Shown here: one piece after another, positions 40,428-51,775 of the stretch | How positions within the stretch are numbered: position 1 is the first letter of the stretch | How the letters are laid out: each line of letters opens with the position of its first letter | DNA from: Octopus vulgaris | Taxonomy: Eukaryota | Length of the DNA: 64,000 nucleotides | Assembly: GCA_951406725.2 (NCBI GenBank) | Contig: OX597820.1 | Location: 102,424,001 to 102,488,000, forward strand | Direction of reading: 5' to 3' | Program-made: the position numbers and the translations under genes | Notes under the pieces: generated by a model | Databases searched by the model: none | Told to the model about the DNA's origin: nothing | The model's input: the letters and a program-made list of their open reading frames with translations, nothing else

Positions 40428-41679
40428 CATGCATACATACATACATACATGCACACACACACAAAGACATATATATGTATATATACAGAGTGAGTCAAAA
40501 TTATCTTAACACTTTTCTGTTCTGTTACAGATAGACGTTCCTCATGGCTGACAGACTCATTTTGGAGAAAAGAAGGGTGGTTGCAAGCTTGATGGAAGTG
40601 TTTGGCTCGCCAACAACAGTGCGTCGAAAATTTGCTGAACGATTTCCAGATCGTGACCCACCAAGGCGTTTAACAATTTATCGTATCCATAACAAGTTTG
40701 TATCAACTAGATTAGTAGCTGAAAACTATCTGGGAAATACGAGCCGGCCCAAATCAGGCAGAAGTACATTGAACATTGCTGCTGTGTAGCAGGCCGTACT
40801 TTGGAGTCCATCTAAATCGAAGAGACGATGGAGACTGGAAACAGGGATTCCACAGAGAACAGTGTGCCGAATCCTATTCAAAGACCCTGGCATGCGACCA
40901 TATCACATACAAGTTGTCCAAGCTTTGACAGCTCAGCAAAAACAGTTTCGTGTGGAATGCTGCAGATTCTAGCTGAAATGACAAATATCCAACCGGGCAT
41001 TGTAAGTCAAATAGTATTTAGTTATGAAGCCATCTTTGCGTAATTGGATCCTATTTCTTTGACACTCCAACAGCGACTTCAAATGCCTACTTACAAATTC
41101 TGCAGGAGTATTTCCAGCAGAATGGTGTACCGCCTCATTTTGCCCGTATTGCTTGTGCTTTTTCTCGATCAAACATTTCCAAATCGTTGGATAGGTCGCA
41201 TCAGACCATTGGCATGGCCTGCACACTCCCCTGATTTGACACCCAGTGACTTCTGGTTATGGGGCATGGTAAAGGAGCGCGGGTCAATATAAAGATCTTA
41301 ATCCGCGAACAAGAAAAAAAAAGAAAAAAAAAAAGCAAAAAAAACAGCCTGCTGGGTGTTAACAAGTATGTAGAAAACGAATAGGAAAACAAATTGCGCT
41401 AACGACCCTGAAGCGGGGAGGAAAGGACTTTCGGAAAATTCACAAGGTTCGATTTTTCTGTCATAACTTTCAGTAAAACTGATATATATTGATTTGTTTT
41501 TTTACAGAATCCCACGTTTTTGGTTGTAGAGGATCCGATTCTGAAAAAAAAATTCTCAAAACTTCAATCCACTCCTCCCTTCATTTTTCAATTTTTCCGG
41601 ATTTTTTTTTTTGCGAAGTATGTAGAAAAATACGAAGATTACAATTCTGAAAAAATTTGTTTGTAAAATATATATATAT

Positions 41680-42043
41680 AGGCGCAGGAGTGGCTGTGTG
41701 GTAAGTAGCTTGCTTACGAACCACATGGTTCCGGGTTCAGTCCCACTGCATGGCACCTTGGGCAAGTGTCTTCTACTCTAGCCTCGGGCCGACGAAAGCC
41801 TTGTGAGTGGATTTGGTAGACGGAAACTGAAAGAAGCCCGTCGTATATATGTATATATATGTATGTGTGTGTATACGTTTGTGTGTCTGTGTTTGTCACG
41901 CCAACATCGCTTGACAACCGGCAAAAGAGACCGATAGAATAAGTACTAGGCTTACAAAGAATAAGTCCTGGGGTCGATTTGCTCAACTAAAGGCGGCCAC
42001 AATCAAATGACTGAAACAAGTAAAAGAGTAAAGGAGTTAAGAG
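41680..42043 (+). mobile_element. SINE family B (tRNA-derived head, CORE-like ACCTTGGGCAAGT), near consensus
   Basis: AGGCGCAGGAGTGGCTGTGTGGTAAG A-box, GGTTCAGTCCC B-box, internal microsatellite, tail AATGACTGAAACAAGTAAAAGA. Confidence 0.9.
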
Positions 42044-42051
42044 CATATATA

Positions 42052-42544
42052 CCCCAGGCCTTCAAGCAAGCTAGCCACATGCTAGAAATAACAGTCAAAT
42101 GTCACAAAACTGCGATAACATAATGTAATCAATCTACTCACCTTTCTGCAAAGATTTCTTCCAGAGTAATTTCCCGCAGTAATATGACAAATATGAATTT
42201 AAAAAAAATATTTTTCAATTTTTTTTTCAATCAATCTAAGTGGGAAAATACGGAGATTAATAATATGGAAAAAATAACACAAATTCCAATTTTAATTTCA
42301 AATTTTTTATGAAAATATTTGACCCAAAATTCCCCCTCCCCTCCCCGCCACCCTGCTGTCTAAAAGTGAAAATGATCGGTTGTTTTGTTGATTTCACATG
42401 AATTACTTTGTCATATTACCGTGGGAAATTACTCTGAAAGAAATCTTTGCAGAAAGGTGAGTTGATTGATTACATAATGTTATCGCAGTTTTGGGAGATT
42501 TGCCTGTTATTTCTAGCATGTGGTTAGCCTGCTTGAAGGCCTGG

Positions 42545-42546
<2 letters not shown>
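42052..42546. mobile_element. MITE with ~145-bp TIRs, CCCC...GGGG ends, inserted in TATA
   Basis: CCCCAGGCCTTCAAGCAAGCTAGCCACATGCTAGAAATAACAG... and its reverse complement ending CTTGAAGGCCTGGGG. Confidence 0.88.
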
Positions 42547-42571
<25 letters not shown>

Positions 42572-42582
<11 letters not shown>

Positions 42583-43575
42583 TTAATGAAATAAAACATA
42601 TGCATATATATAAACATATATGTACGTACCTACCTCTACATGTACATATACACGCATATATGAGTACAGGACACCAAAGGGACGTCGAACACAAAGAGAA
42701 ACGAAAACATAGACACAAACCAAAGGAATGGGACATTTTTTTTTTAAACAACAAAAAATGGAGTACAGGACAATTAACACAACGAAAAAACCCCTTCTTC
42801 AGTCGCTAAGGTTTCATCTACTCTACGTTTCGAAGGATAAAAGCGAGATGTATCTTCGACAAGAAACTTTCCTTCATGCGAAAAGCAAATCAATTAAAAT
42901 TCTGAGATCTTTTCGCAGAGGGGTAAAAAATGGTAAAAAAATGGTAAAAAAACAGGACAGTAACGACAGTACAAAAATATAAACAGTAAAAAAATAAACA
43001 GTAAAAAAATATAAACAGTAAAAAAAATATAACAGTAAAAGACAGGACAGGGAAAAACAAGATAAGAAGGGCTGTTGACGCCGAACGAAAAAAGTATCGC
43101 AAACGCAGAATTTTTTGTGAACGACAGGAGAGCAGGAAGAATGTCGTCCAGTTACCTTGAAAGCCAGGCCAAAAAAGACAGTCAGGGCGGAAGTATCGTC
43201 GCGGGTGGACGACGGGAAGGGGGGAGGAGGAGCAAGAGAAAGGGAGAGAAGAAGGGGAATGGCTGTAGGAGACCATGAAGAATTGTGAGGGGTAGAGAGA
43301 GAGTGAAGAATGAGAGAGAGAGGAAGAGACAAGTTAAGTGGGGGAAAAAGAAAATCAAAGAATAGGGATGGGACAGAAAGGTGAAGAGTGCGCGTGAGAG
43401 TTAATATCAAGACAAAAACTTGATATACAGAACAATCTTACTTAAGAGGGTGCGTGCGTTTAGTCATATAATATATTAATTAATGAAATAAAACATATGC
43501 ATATATATAAACATATATGTACGTACCTACCTCTACATGTACATATACACGCATATATGAGTACAGGACACCAAT
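42572..43575 (-). mobile_element. PLE-like terminal fragment with ~105-bp direct repeats (42572-42677 / 43470-43575)
   Basis: Identical ATTAATTAATGAAATAAAACATATGC...GAGTACAGGACACCAA blocks. Partial-tandem arrangement next to (TA)n is typical of PLEs (inference). Confidence 0.55.
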
Positions 43576-44219
43576 ATATTGTTGAAGAATCGAAATTTTA
43601 CAAACAAATTTTTTCAGAATCATAATCTTAGTATTTTTCTACGTATTTCGCGAAAAAAAAAGAAAAAAAAATCCGGAGAAAGTGAAAAATGAAGTGGAGG
43701 ATTGAAATTTTTAAAATGTGATCTTTGGCATTTTAAAAATTCAGAATCGGATCCTCGATAAACAAAAAACGTGGGATTCCGTAAAAAATATCAATATATA
43801 TAACCATTTTACCGAAAGTTATGATGGAAAAATCGGATCTTGTAAATTTTCCGAAAGTCCTCACTCCACCCACAGGGTCGTTAGCGCAATTTTTTTTTCA
43901 TATTCGCTTTCTAAATACTTGCTAAACACCCTCTAAGCTGGTTTATTTATTTTGTTTTTTCTTCACGGGTGAAGATCTTTATATTGACCGGAGCGCGTGT
44001 ATAGCAAAAAAGTTAGAGACATCGATGAACTCAAGGACAGCCAGGTCATATACCCGGGAAATGTGTGTCAAGGCACTAAATTGTACTGTTGATCGCTGGT
44101 TTTATGTATTGGTCATATTAGTGACCAGGTTGAAACTGTTCTGTAAATTCTGAATAAATGATTTTTCCCATATTGGTGTTAACATAATTTTGACTTACCC
44201 TGCATATGTGTGTATGTAT

Positions 44220-45277
44220 GTAGTTGATCTATTTGTCTACCTGGGAAGCACTATTAATAGATATAGCAATTTGGATGATTAAATTCCATATAGAATTAGG
44301 AAAGCAAGTGTTGCTTTCGGAAGGCTAGAAAAGCGCCTCTGGAGTTGGCGAGACATATGCAGAAAGACAAAGATAAAGGTGTACAAGGCATGTGGGCTCC
44401 CTTCTCTTCTCTATGCCTGCGAGACGTGGGTCACATATCGATACCACCTCAAACAACTGGAACGTTTCCATCAGATGTACCTCAGACGGATCTATGGCAT
44501 TAAGTGGAAGGACCCCATCAGTGATCTTGAAATACTGGAAGGCTCTCGGTGTGAAAGTATAGAAGCTCTTGTGTTAAAGCAAAGGCTCAGAGGGAGTGGC
44601 ATCTGGTCTGGATGAAGGATTCAAGGATGCCAAAACAACTCTTTTATGGAGAGTTAGCTAAAGGAGAACGACCTCCACATAAACCAAAAGAGTGGTATAA
44701 GGACTTGCTGAAGGCTTCCTTAAGAGATGCTTGCATCTCTCCTGACACATGGGAAGGCATAGCTATTGCTCGTAGCAGGCGGAGAAGAATTGTGCATGAG
44801 GGACAGCCACTTTTGAGAAATCTCGAGTTGCACATGAGAAAGTAAGGAGGGATGTCAGGAAGGGCATCGCTGTTACACTTCCAGAAAGGAAGGGTCTTCC
44901 TTTGATGCTGACATGCAATGTCTGTGCAAAACCCTGCCTCAGTAAAGCTGGACTCAAGAGTCATCTTCGTTGTCATAAAGCGAGACCGATGAGTGATAAC
45001 CTGGCCACTGGTGGTTGTGTAACACACCATACTAATCATATCTGTCGGGCATGTGGAAGAGAGTGTAATTCGGCAGGAGGACTTAAACGACATGCAAAGG
45101 TACATGAAGCCCAGTTACAACTATAGCCGGCTATTACCGGGAAAGGTTTTAGTTGCTAATTTTGTACAAGACATTGTAGATCTTTAGCTGGGCTAAAAAG
45201 TCACATTCGATCACAGCACCAGTAACAATTAAGCTTCGTGCAATGGCCATACACGATAAGGAGGGGGCAGCCATAAT
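44220..45277 (+). mobile_element. 5'-truncated RTE-clade LINE 3' end with two C-terminal C2H2 fingers and (ATGT)n tail
   Basis: FVYLGSTI, KASVAFGRLEKRLW, TKIKVYKA..LLYACETW, RMPKQLFYGEL, CNVC..GLKSHLRCH and CRAC..GLKRHAKVH. Frameshifted. Confidence 0.92.
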
Positions 45278-46090
45278 GTATGTATGTATGTATGTATGTA
45301 TGTATGTATGTATGTATGTATGTATGTATGTATGTATGCATGCATGCATGCATGCATGTATGTATGTATGTATGTATGTATGTATCATTTAACTATGGTA
45401 GTAGTTGAATATTATTTTTTAGGCCGCAATTTACTCACACGTAGCATCTTTCAGAGTTTGTCGCTAATTCAGTTTTTATCCAAATTGAAAACTGTTAACA
45501 TTTTTGAAGAGGAGATGTCCATAGTTACATTTTGGCATAAAAAAATGAGATTTGATCCTGTAGAAAAAAGTGTACATAAAAATTTGTAGCAATGTTAAAG
45601 AAGAGTAAGTAACTCCACCAATCAAGTTTCGATCTAAATAGCTTCTCCTTTTAAAAAATAAAATATATTCCTCTTAACTTCAATGATAGAAGAAAGCATG
45701 AAGAATTTTATAGTTTTGGTCCCATGCAACAAAAATTTGTATCAAAAAAGTTGTGGGGTAAAATATCATGAAAACAATATAAGGCAAAAATTTAGATTTA
45801 AATATGATTAACTTTTTTTATTTTCAAAGCAAACTATATTTTAATTAAGCTTAAATGATAGAGTTCAATTCGAGGAATTTCATGCTATCAATCACATGCA
45901 ATGAAGATTTAAAAGAAAAAAGTTATGAGTGCTTGTTTCTCAAATTCGAGGGTAAGTTCTATAAGGGGCGTTTAATATATGTCACCGGCGTCATTGATGC
46001 AAGGAAAAAACTATCAACGATCCCGCTAATTGACACACTTGACACATTATTAATTAGCATAATAGCATAGCTTGGAAAAAACATGGAATA

Positions 46091-46910
46091 CATGGGAAAA
46101 TGCGACCAAGAGAAATAATATTCTTAAGATTATAAACCTAGAAAATTACAGGACAAGTTATTACACTTGGAAAAATACAGGACAACTCATTACATCTGGT
46201 AAAGTACAAAACAAGAAAAGTTTTACTTAAAATATTGCAACTAAGGATAAAATTTGAATATTAAAAATTATTTGATTTTAATTTACAAAGTAACAGTATA
46301 ATTAAAAATGGTACCATCATTTTGTTAAAATATTTACACACGAGAATACTTAAAAAATGAGAGTCAAAAGTACCAATATAGTTTTATGCAAAGTGGAATA
46401 GTATATATGGTAGACAAATTCATTATGTAAAAAATAGGCATTGGCTCAAGACTGAAAATGTGAAGACTTGGCAATAACTTAGGCAATAGCTCAAGCAAAT
46501 TTTACTGAGAATTTGTTGTTATAGATAGATTTTACAGTAGAATATATAACTAATTTTTGTATTATTCTATTTATTGTACTATGTGCCACTGTTATTTTTC
46601 ATAACCTATTTTCAAATTTCAGATCATTAATTAATAATTAAAAGAATGAATCTTTTTAAAGTGCAAAAAATATTTTGAGTTATTTTTCATATTTAATAGA
46701 AGTAACAAGTAATAACAAATAGAAGTAATAAATTGTAATAAAATATTTAAGCTAATATTTTCTAAGTCTAAATATTTTATTTGAAACTTTATCCACAGCT
46801 GCAATATTTTAAGTAAACATTTTAAAGTAAACAGATGTAATAACTTGTCCTGCAATTTTCCAGGTTTCTAATCTTAAGAATATTATTTCTCTTGGTCGCA
46901 TTTTCCCATG
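46091..46910. mobile_element. non-autonomous TIR element (CATGGGAAAATGCGACC ends, TA flanks, subterminal repeats; CMC/CACTA-like?)
   Basis: About 75-bp TIRs with few mismatches, ~30-bp subterminal repeats (GAAAA(A/T)TACAGGACAA..ATTACA) and an AT-rich non-coding interior. Confidence 0.85.
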
Positions 46911-47009
46911 TAATATATATATATATATATCTGTCAGGGACGCAGTGATCGACAACAGAATGCTATAGTGAGTCTATTACGTGTCTGACAATATATGCCT
47001 TGGTTGTTC

Positions 47010-47215
47010 AGATGGAGGGGCATCTTGTCAGGATGAAGGATTCAAGGATGTCAAAACAACTCTTTTATGGAGAGTTAGCTAAAGGAGAACGACCTCCACA
47101 TAAACCAAAAAAGAGGTATAAGGACTTGCTGAAGGCTTCCTTAAGAGATGCTTGCATCTCTCCTGACACATGGGAAGGCATAGCTATTGATCGTAGCAGG
47201 TGGTAAAGGATTGTG
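47010..47215 (+). mobile_element. second RTE LINE fragment, near identical to 44590-44795
   Basis: GHLVRMKDSRMSKQLFYGELAKGERPPHKPK...DTWEGIAIDRSRW. Confidence 0.88.
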
Positions 47216-47640
47216 GCCGTTTGCGTGGTGATTGCGTTTTATTGGTTAATTTTCAATCATCATCAATCAATGAGCGATAATTTTGCATGGAGCTGTCTCT
47301 GTGCATGCTTCTGGTTGATATGTCGAAGTGGAAGAGGAAGCTAATAGGTGAACGTCTGTGTGTGCGTGTGTGGGGACGTGCTTGTACTTGTGTGTGTGTG
47401 TGTGTGTCTATTTTTATGTATTTATGTGCGTGGAGGAGGCTACTGGGTGTATGTGTGTGTGTGAGCGTGTTCTGCTTTTATGCGTGTGGAATATAGAAAT
47501 AACAAAAACAATGGCGCATTTTAAACTTGAGAAAAACCTTGCATATTTGTTGTTACCTGCTTCATTTGCGTATGTAAAAATCCGTAAATTTCCAAGAAGA
47601 AAACGAAAAAGCTGTATTAGTTATAATTGTTCACCAAAGA

Positions 47641-47713
47641 GCCAAAATATTGCAACAAGCATCAAACAGCCGAAATATTGCAACAAGCATCAAACAGCCG
47701 AAATATTGCAACA
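47641..47713. repeat. 28-bp tandem repeat, ~2.6 units
   Basis: GCC(A/G)AAATATTGCAACAAGCATCAAACA repeated. Confidence 0.9.
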
Positions 47714-48202
47714 TACATGGAGAAAAGGAAGAAATGTGAATTAACGCTTACTATTAATTAAAGAAAATGCAAAAGAAAGAAATATAAATGTCATTGAGTT
47801 CTATTAATTTTAAAGCTAAATCTATGTGACTATACAAGAACACGCTCGCACGTACACACACACACGCACACACACATACTCACACACACAAGAAAAAGCA
47901 TGCACACGCATGCGCACACGCATGCGCACACAAGAACAAGCGGATACACAGACCGAGAGAGACACACGCAGACGTACACCCATTAGCTGCCACACCGTTT
48001 GGAGAAATACGGTATATATATAAAATATTACAAACATTGTCTTAAAAAGCACGAAACTAGAATTGAAAAATGCACACGCTCAAAAGGGTTACAGAATGTC
48101 ATTATAAACCTTAAAAAGTATGGGACTATCATTGTTGCTCAAAAAATATTGGAGTCACTATATGTTGTACATTCTGTGGTATCCTTTCATCACACGAAAT
48201 TT

Positions 48203-49016
48203 GGCGACAAGTGCAGTTTCGCACCTCTCCTTGAAAAATGCATATTTTCGAAAAGGTTTTTTTTCTTCTGATCCCTACGTTTTTGATGTCGGAGATTACG
48301 AATATGCAAAAAAAATTTACCTTCCGCCCACAACACCACTGTCTCCTCCCATTTAAAATTTTGAACTTTTTTGACATTTTTTTCCGCTATACTTTAGATG
48401 ACGGAAATTCCTGATAGACAAGAAATCACGTTTTGAAACTTAAATTTAATAAGCATATAGATAGGTGTATAAAGAGATAAGTAGATAGATATGAAAGTCT
48501 TCCAGGGGCTAACAACAACAGTAGCACCGTCTTCTATAGGACCGCCACATTTAGTTGGCAAATATATTTTTATGAATAAACGGATAGGAATAAATCGAGA
48601 GACAAATAAATAAATGGATGAAAAATTTCAAAATTTAAAATTAGGGAGGGGTGAAGTTTGAGCCTCTGATTAAACTTTATAACATTAATTATTAAATATT
48701 AATGTTTGTTTCTCATAAAATGGTGTGTATTTAATTTACATTATATTATTTATGATTATTTAAGGCAAACACAAGTAAAACGCAAATTCTTTTCACTTTA
48801 ATGTTTTTGTCTGTATTTAATTTTAATTTGCATATATTCGTCAATTCACTTTCTCTTTAAAGTAATCAACATAAAACATTTTAAATGGGCTGGGGTGAAA
48901 TTAAAAAAAAATTCTTTTTTGCATATTCGTAATCTCCGACATCTAAAACGTAGGAATCTGAATTTTTTTCTTTTTAAATGCATTATTCAAGGAGAGGTGC
49001 GAAACTGCATTAGCCC
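48203..49016. mobile_element. non-autonomous long-TIR element, GG...CC ends, 8-bp TSD CGAAATTT (Merlin- or MULE-like)
   Basis: TGCAGTTTCGCACCTCTCCTTGAA..GATGTCGGAGATTACGAATATGCAAAAA and its reverse complement. TSD at 48195-48202 and 49017-49024. Confidence 0.85.
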
Positions 49017-49159
49017 CGAAATTTGTTTTGTTCATTGAAATTAAGTAATATTAAAAATTAATTTAACTTATCGTATACTCAATTTTAACAAAATAGTTGT
49101 GTGCAAATACTAATTTCTTCTTTACGCAATAATTCAATCTACGAATGATAATTGAAATA

Positions 49160-50095
49160 TAATTATTAAAGAAGACAACAGACATTAAGGCAAATATCTC
49201 AAGTCGTATACAATATTATTATTGGAAAAAATTCAGTCTTACAGCTGTTTCTGGGATATACCCGAGTATGGGATATACAGTCATCAGAGACTAATAGGGA
49301 AAATGAGAATAGCCTATATTAGTGAGATGACGACATAGAGGAGGGAAGTAAAAGAATAAGGAGATAGAAAGAAAGTAAAAAGAAGCATAAAAGTTCATAG
49401 TTCAAATTTCCGACGTTATATGAACAAGAGCATAAGTCCTCCGGTGCGTAGGTCCATGAGCGTAAGTCCGAAGGTGCAATCCTGTGTAGATCCATGTGGG
49501 TTAAAATCCAGATTTAGTAGACATCCAGAGAAAAAAGACGCGATTATATCAACGTTCAATAGCAGAATGGTTGCTATTAAGTTGTAAAAGGAAAGAAAAG
49601 AAAATACATAGAAAGAAAGGTAGATATAGTGAGGTGGAGTGGAATTTAAGGATTGATTATAGGATAAAGTAAGGTGTATAGGTGTATGGTAAGAGAGAGG
49701 ATGAGAAAGTAGAGGAAGATAGGGTAAAAATATAGAGCAAACTGAAAGGAATTTAGAGAGAGTAGTAGGTGTCTGTGGTAGTCTTAAAGTCTATAGGTAT
49801 TGGAGAGGAAATCTAGTAGTAATTGCTTGTACCCCTTCTGGCTAAGGTCAGTGACTGTAGTGTTATTTTTAGCAATGAGGTTATGGGTATGTAGGTAGTC
49901 GAGGATTGAAGAGCTAGTTGAATGCTAAATTATTTATGAGTTGGAATTAGAGTTGGGTATTAGGGGATTTATATTAGATTTATTATGTTAAGGTTTAAAA
50001 ATAAGAGATATAGAGTTAATGATCATAGGGGGTTGTATGTGGGTGCTATTCGTGAGTGTGAGCTTAGTCTAATCGCGCGCAGAGAGTGAATGTGT
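49160..50095 (-). mobile_element. Penelope-like 3' region carrying the hammerhead
   Basis: Strongly strand-skewed (pyrimidine-rich minus strand) tract ending at the ribozyme. No protein motif recognised. Confidence 0.45.
49235..49292 (-). ncRNA. type I hammerhead ribozyme, canonical core, 29-nt stem II
   Basis: AGTCT-CTGATGA-[CTGTATATCCC ATACTC GGGTATATCCCA]-GAAA-C-AGCT-G-TA-AGACT. Stem I is 5 bp, stem III ACAGCTGT is palindromic, triplet GUA. Stem II base is imperfect. Confidence 0.82.
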
Positions 50096-50692
50096 GCTCT
50101 TTGCTGTCACGAATGAAACTATTTTGGACCGGATAGTGACTGGTAATGAGAAATAGGTTCTCTATGAAAATGTCAAGCACCGAAGACAGTGGGTAGGGAA
50201 AGGAGAAACACCCCAGGCTAAAGAAGGTCTTCACCCACATAAGGTGTTGTTATTTGTTTGGTGGGATATGAAAGATTTGAACTTTTAAAATCAAACCAAA
50301 CGATAACAAAGGAGACCTACTCCGAGCAGCTTGAGCGGTTTAAGTCAGCGCTAGAAGGAAAACGACCAGTTTGGTTTCAATAAGGAAGGACAATGCTCGG
50401 TCACAAACAGCGAGGATGACATTCCAAAGGCTGGAGCAGTTTGAATGGGAAGCGATGCCCCTCCCACCATATTCGCCGGACATTGCCCCATCTGATTATA
50501 ATTTATTCCGCAGTCTTCATAATCATTTGGACGGAAAAAATATGAATTCTATAGACAAGGTCAGAACAGTACTGTATTGTAGAAAATGAAGGAGAGTGTA
50601 TTTTAGATTTAAAAAGAACTTTGTTTATCTTAATTTTGAAAAATAAAATAAATTTAAAAACCAGAAACTGCATTATTTTATGGGATGATGCA

Positions 50693-50694
<2 letters not shown>
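50095..50694 (+). mobile_element. mariner transposon, 3' half
   Basis: LDRIVTGNEK*VLYEN, GLHPHKVLLFVWWD, KDNARSQ..PPYSPDIAPSDYNLFRSL. Confidence 0.9.
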
Positions 50695-50785
<91 letters not shown>

Positions 50786-50978
50786 TGACACAAGAAAAAT
50801 AATGATTGTGTTATGAACTTCATTAGGTTACACCTGTTTCTGCTATAAGATGCAGTGGACTCGTAGTTAAGTGCCTATACTTATCTAATACATTGTTCTG
50901 AAACGTACGTATATAGAGTCCTACACCAGTTTATTAATTTCACAATGCTTAAGCGAAATATACGTATATGTGTGTGTT

Positions 50979-51016
<38 letters not shown>

Positions 51017-51775
51017 TGTGTGTGAGTGTGCACAATCGCACATATGCCAACCTTAATATGAACTGAAGGCCGTCTTGAAATGGGGTTCTTTACATCATGC
51101 TATATATCAAAGGTCATGCATTTACCGATCAAGAACAATAGAAACAGCGAAGCTTTTAAAACTTCCAAGACGCGATCAGAAATGTCATTTATGTCACATT
51201 TCTGTGGAAGATATGATACATTTGATCCGAAGCTGCACAAAACTTGTAATATGATGTATCATTGCTAAACCAATTGACAATGCAATTCGTAGGAAGACAG
51301 CCCAGAGATAAATACAGAGAAGACATCTTTTATTCAATATATACACAGACGTGTCAATACAAGGAATATTTGTGAACCATTTCCGTCAAAACTTCTGTCT
51401 ACTGCAAACAAGTTTGATATACATTTTTTAGACATGAAAGAAGAAACATGTTATAAATTCCGAGGGTTAGAATATTTCTGTCAAAATCAGCGAGAAAAGG
51501 AATCTTTGCGGAGAAGTTCTTCTAAAGCTGTAACTTCTCCATCAATTATATTTTGTAAATTGACACTTATTCTTATTACTATTGGTTCCCTCCCCGTAAG
51601 AAAGATTCAAATATTTAATCTGGCACTCATACACATGTATTAAAATAACACCCATAATCCACGTAAAACATAAACGCACAAAACATATATACATACATAT
51701 GTATACATACACACGCGCGCATACACACAGACATATACACACAAACATATACACACAGACATATGCACACACACA

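Larger units (their letters stand above)
41282..43989. mobile_element. non-autonomous long-TIR (fold-back) DNA transposon, GG...CC ends, 8-bp TSD (Merlin- or MULE-like)
   Basis: Termini GGTCAATATAAAGATCTT / AAGATCTTTATATTGACC. TSD GGAGCGCG at 41274-41281 and 43990-43997. Imperfect inverted arms of about 390 bp. Confidence 0.88.
40486..44202 (+). mobile_element. Tc1/mariner DD41D (rosa-type) transposon, decayed, interrupted at 41282-43989
   Basis: TIRs CAGAGTGAGTCAAAATTATCTTAACAC / GTGTTAACATAATTTTGACTTACCCTG. N-terminal HTH ORF 40544-40789. FQQ(N)GVPPH...WPAHSPDLTPSDFWLWGMVKER has 41 residues between catalytic positions after correcting one frameshift. The frame resumes VYSKKVRDIDELKD after the insertion. 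Confidence 0.9.

Noticed and set aside
41680-41755. tRNA gene (also 10012, 55185)
   Set aside because: A/B boxes belong to SINE heads. I could not fold a cloverleaf and each continues into SINE body.
50826-50845. GAAAC-AGGT-GTA half motif (minus strand) and AAAC-TCGGA-GTT at about 8831
   Set aside because: No upstream CUGAnGA box; at most truncated relics.
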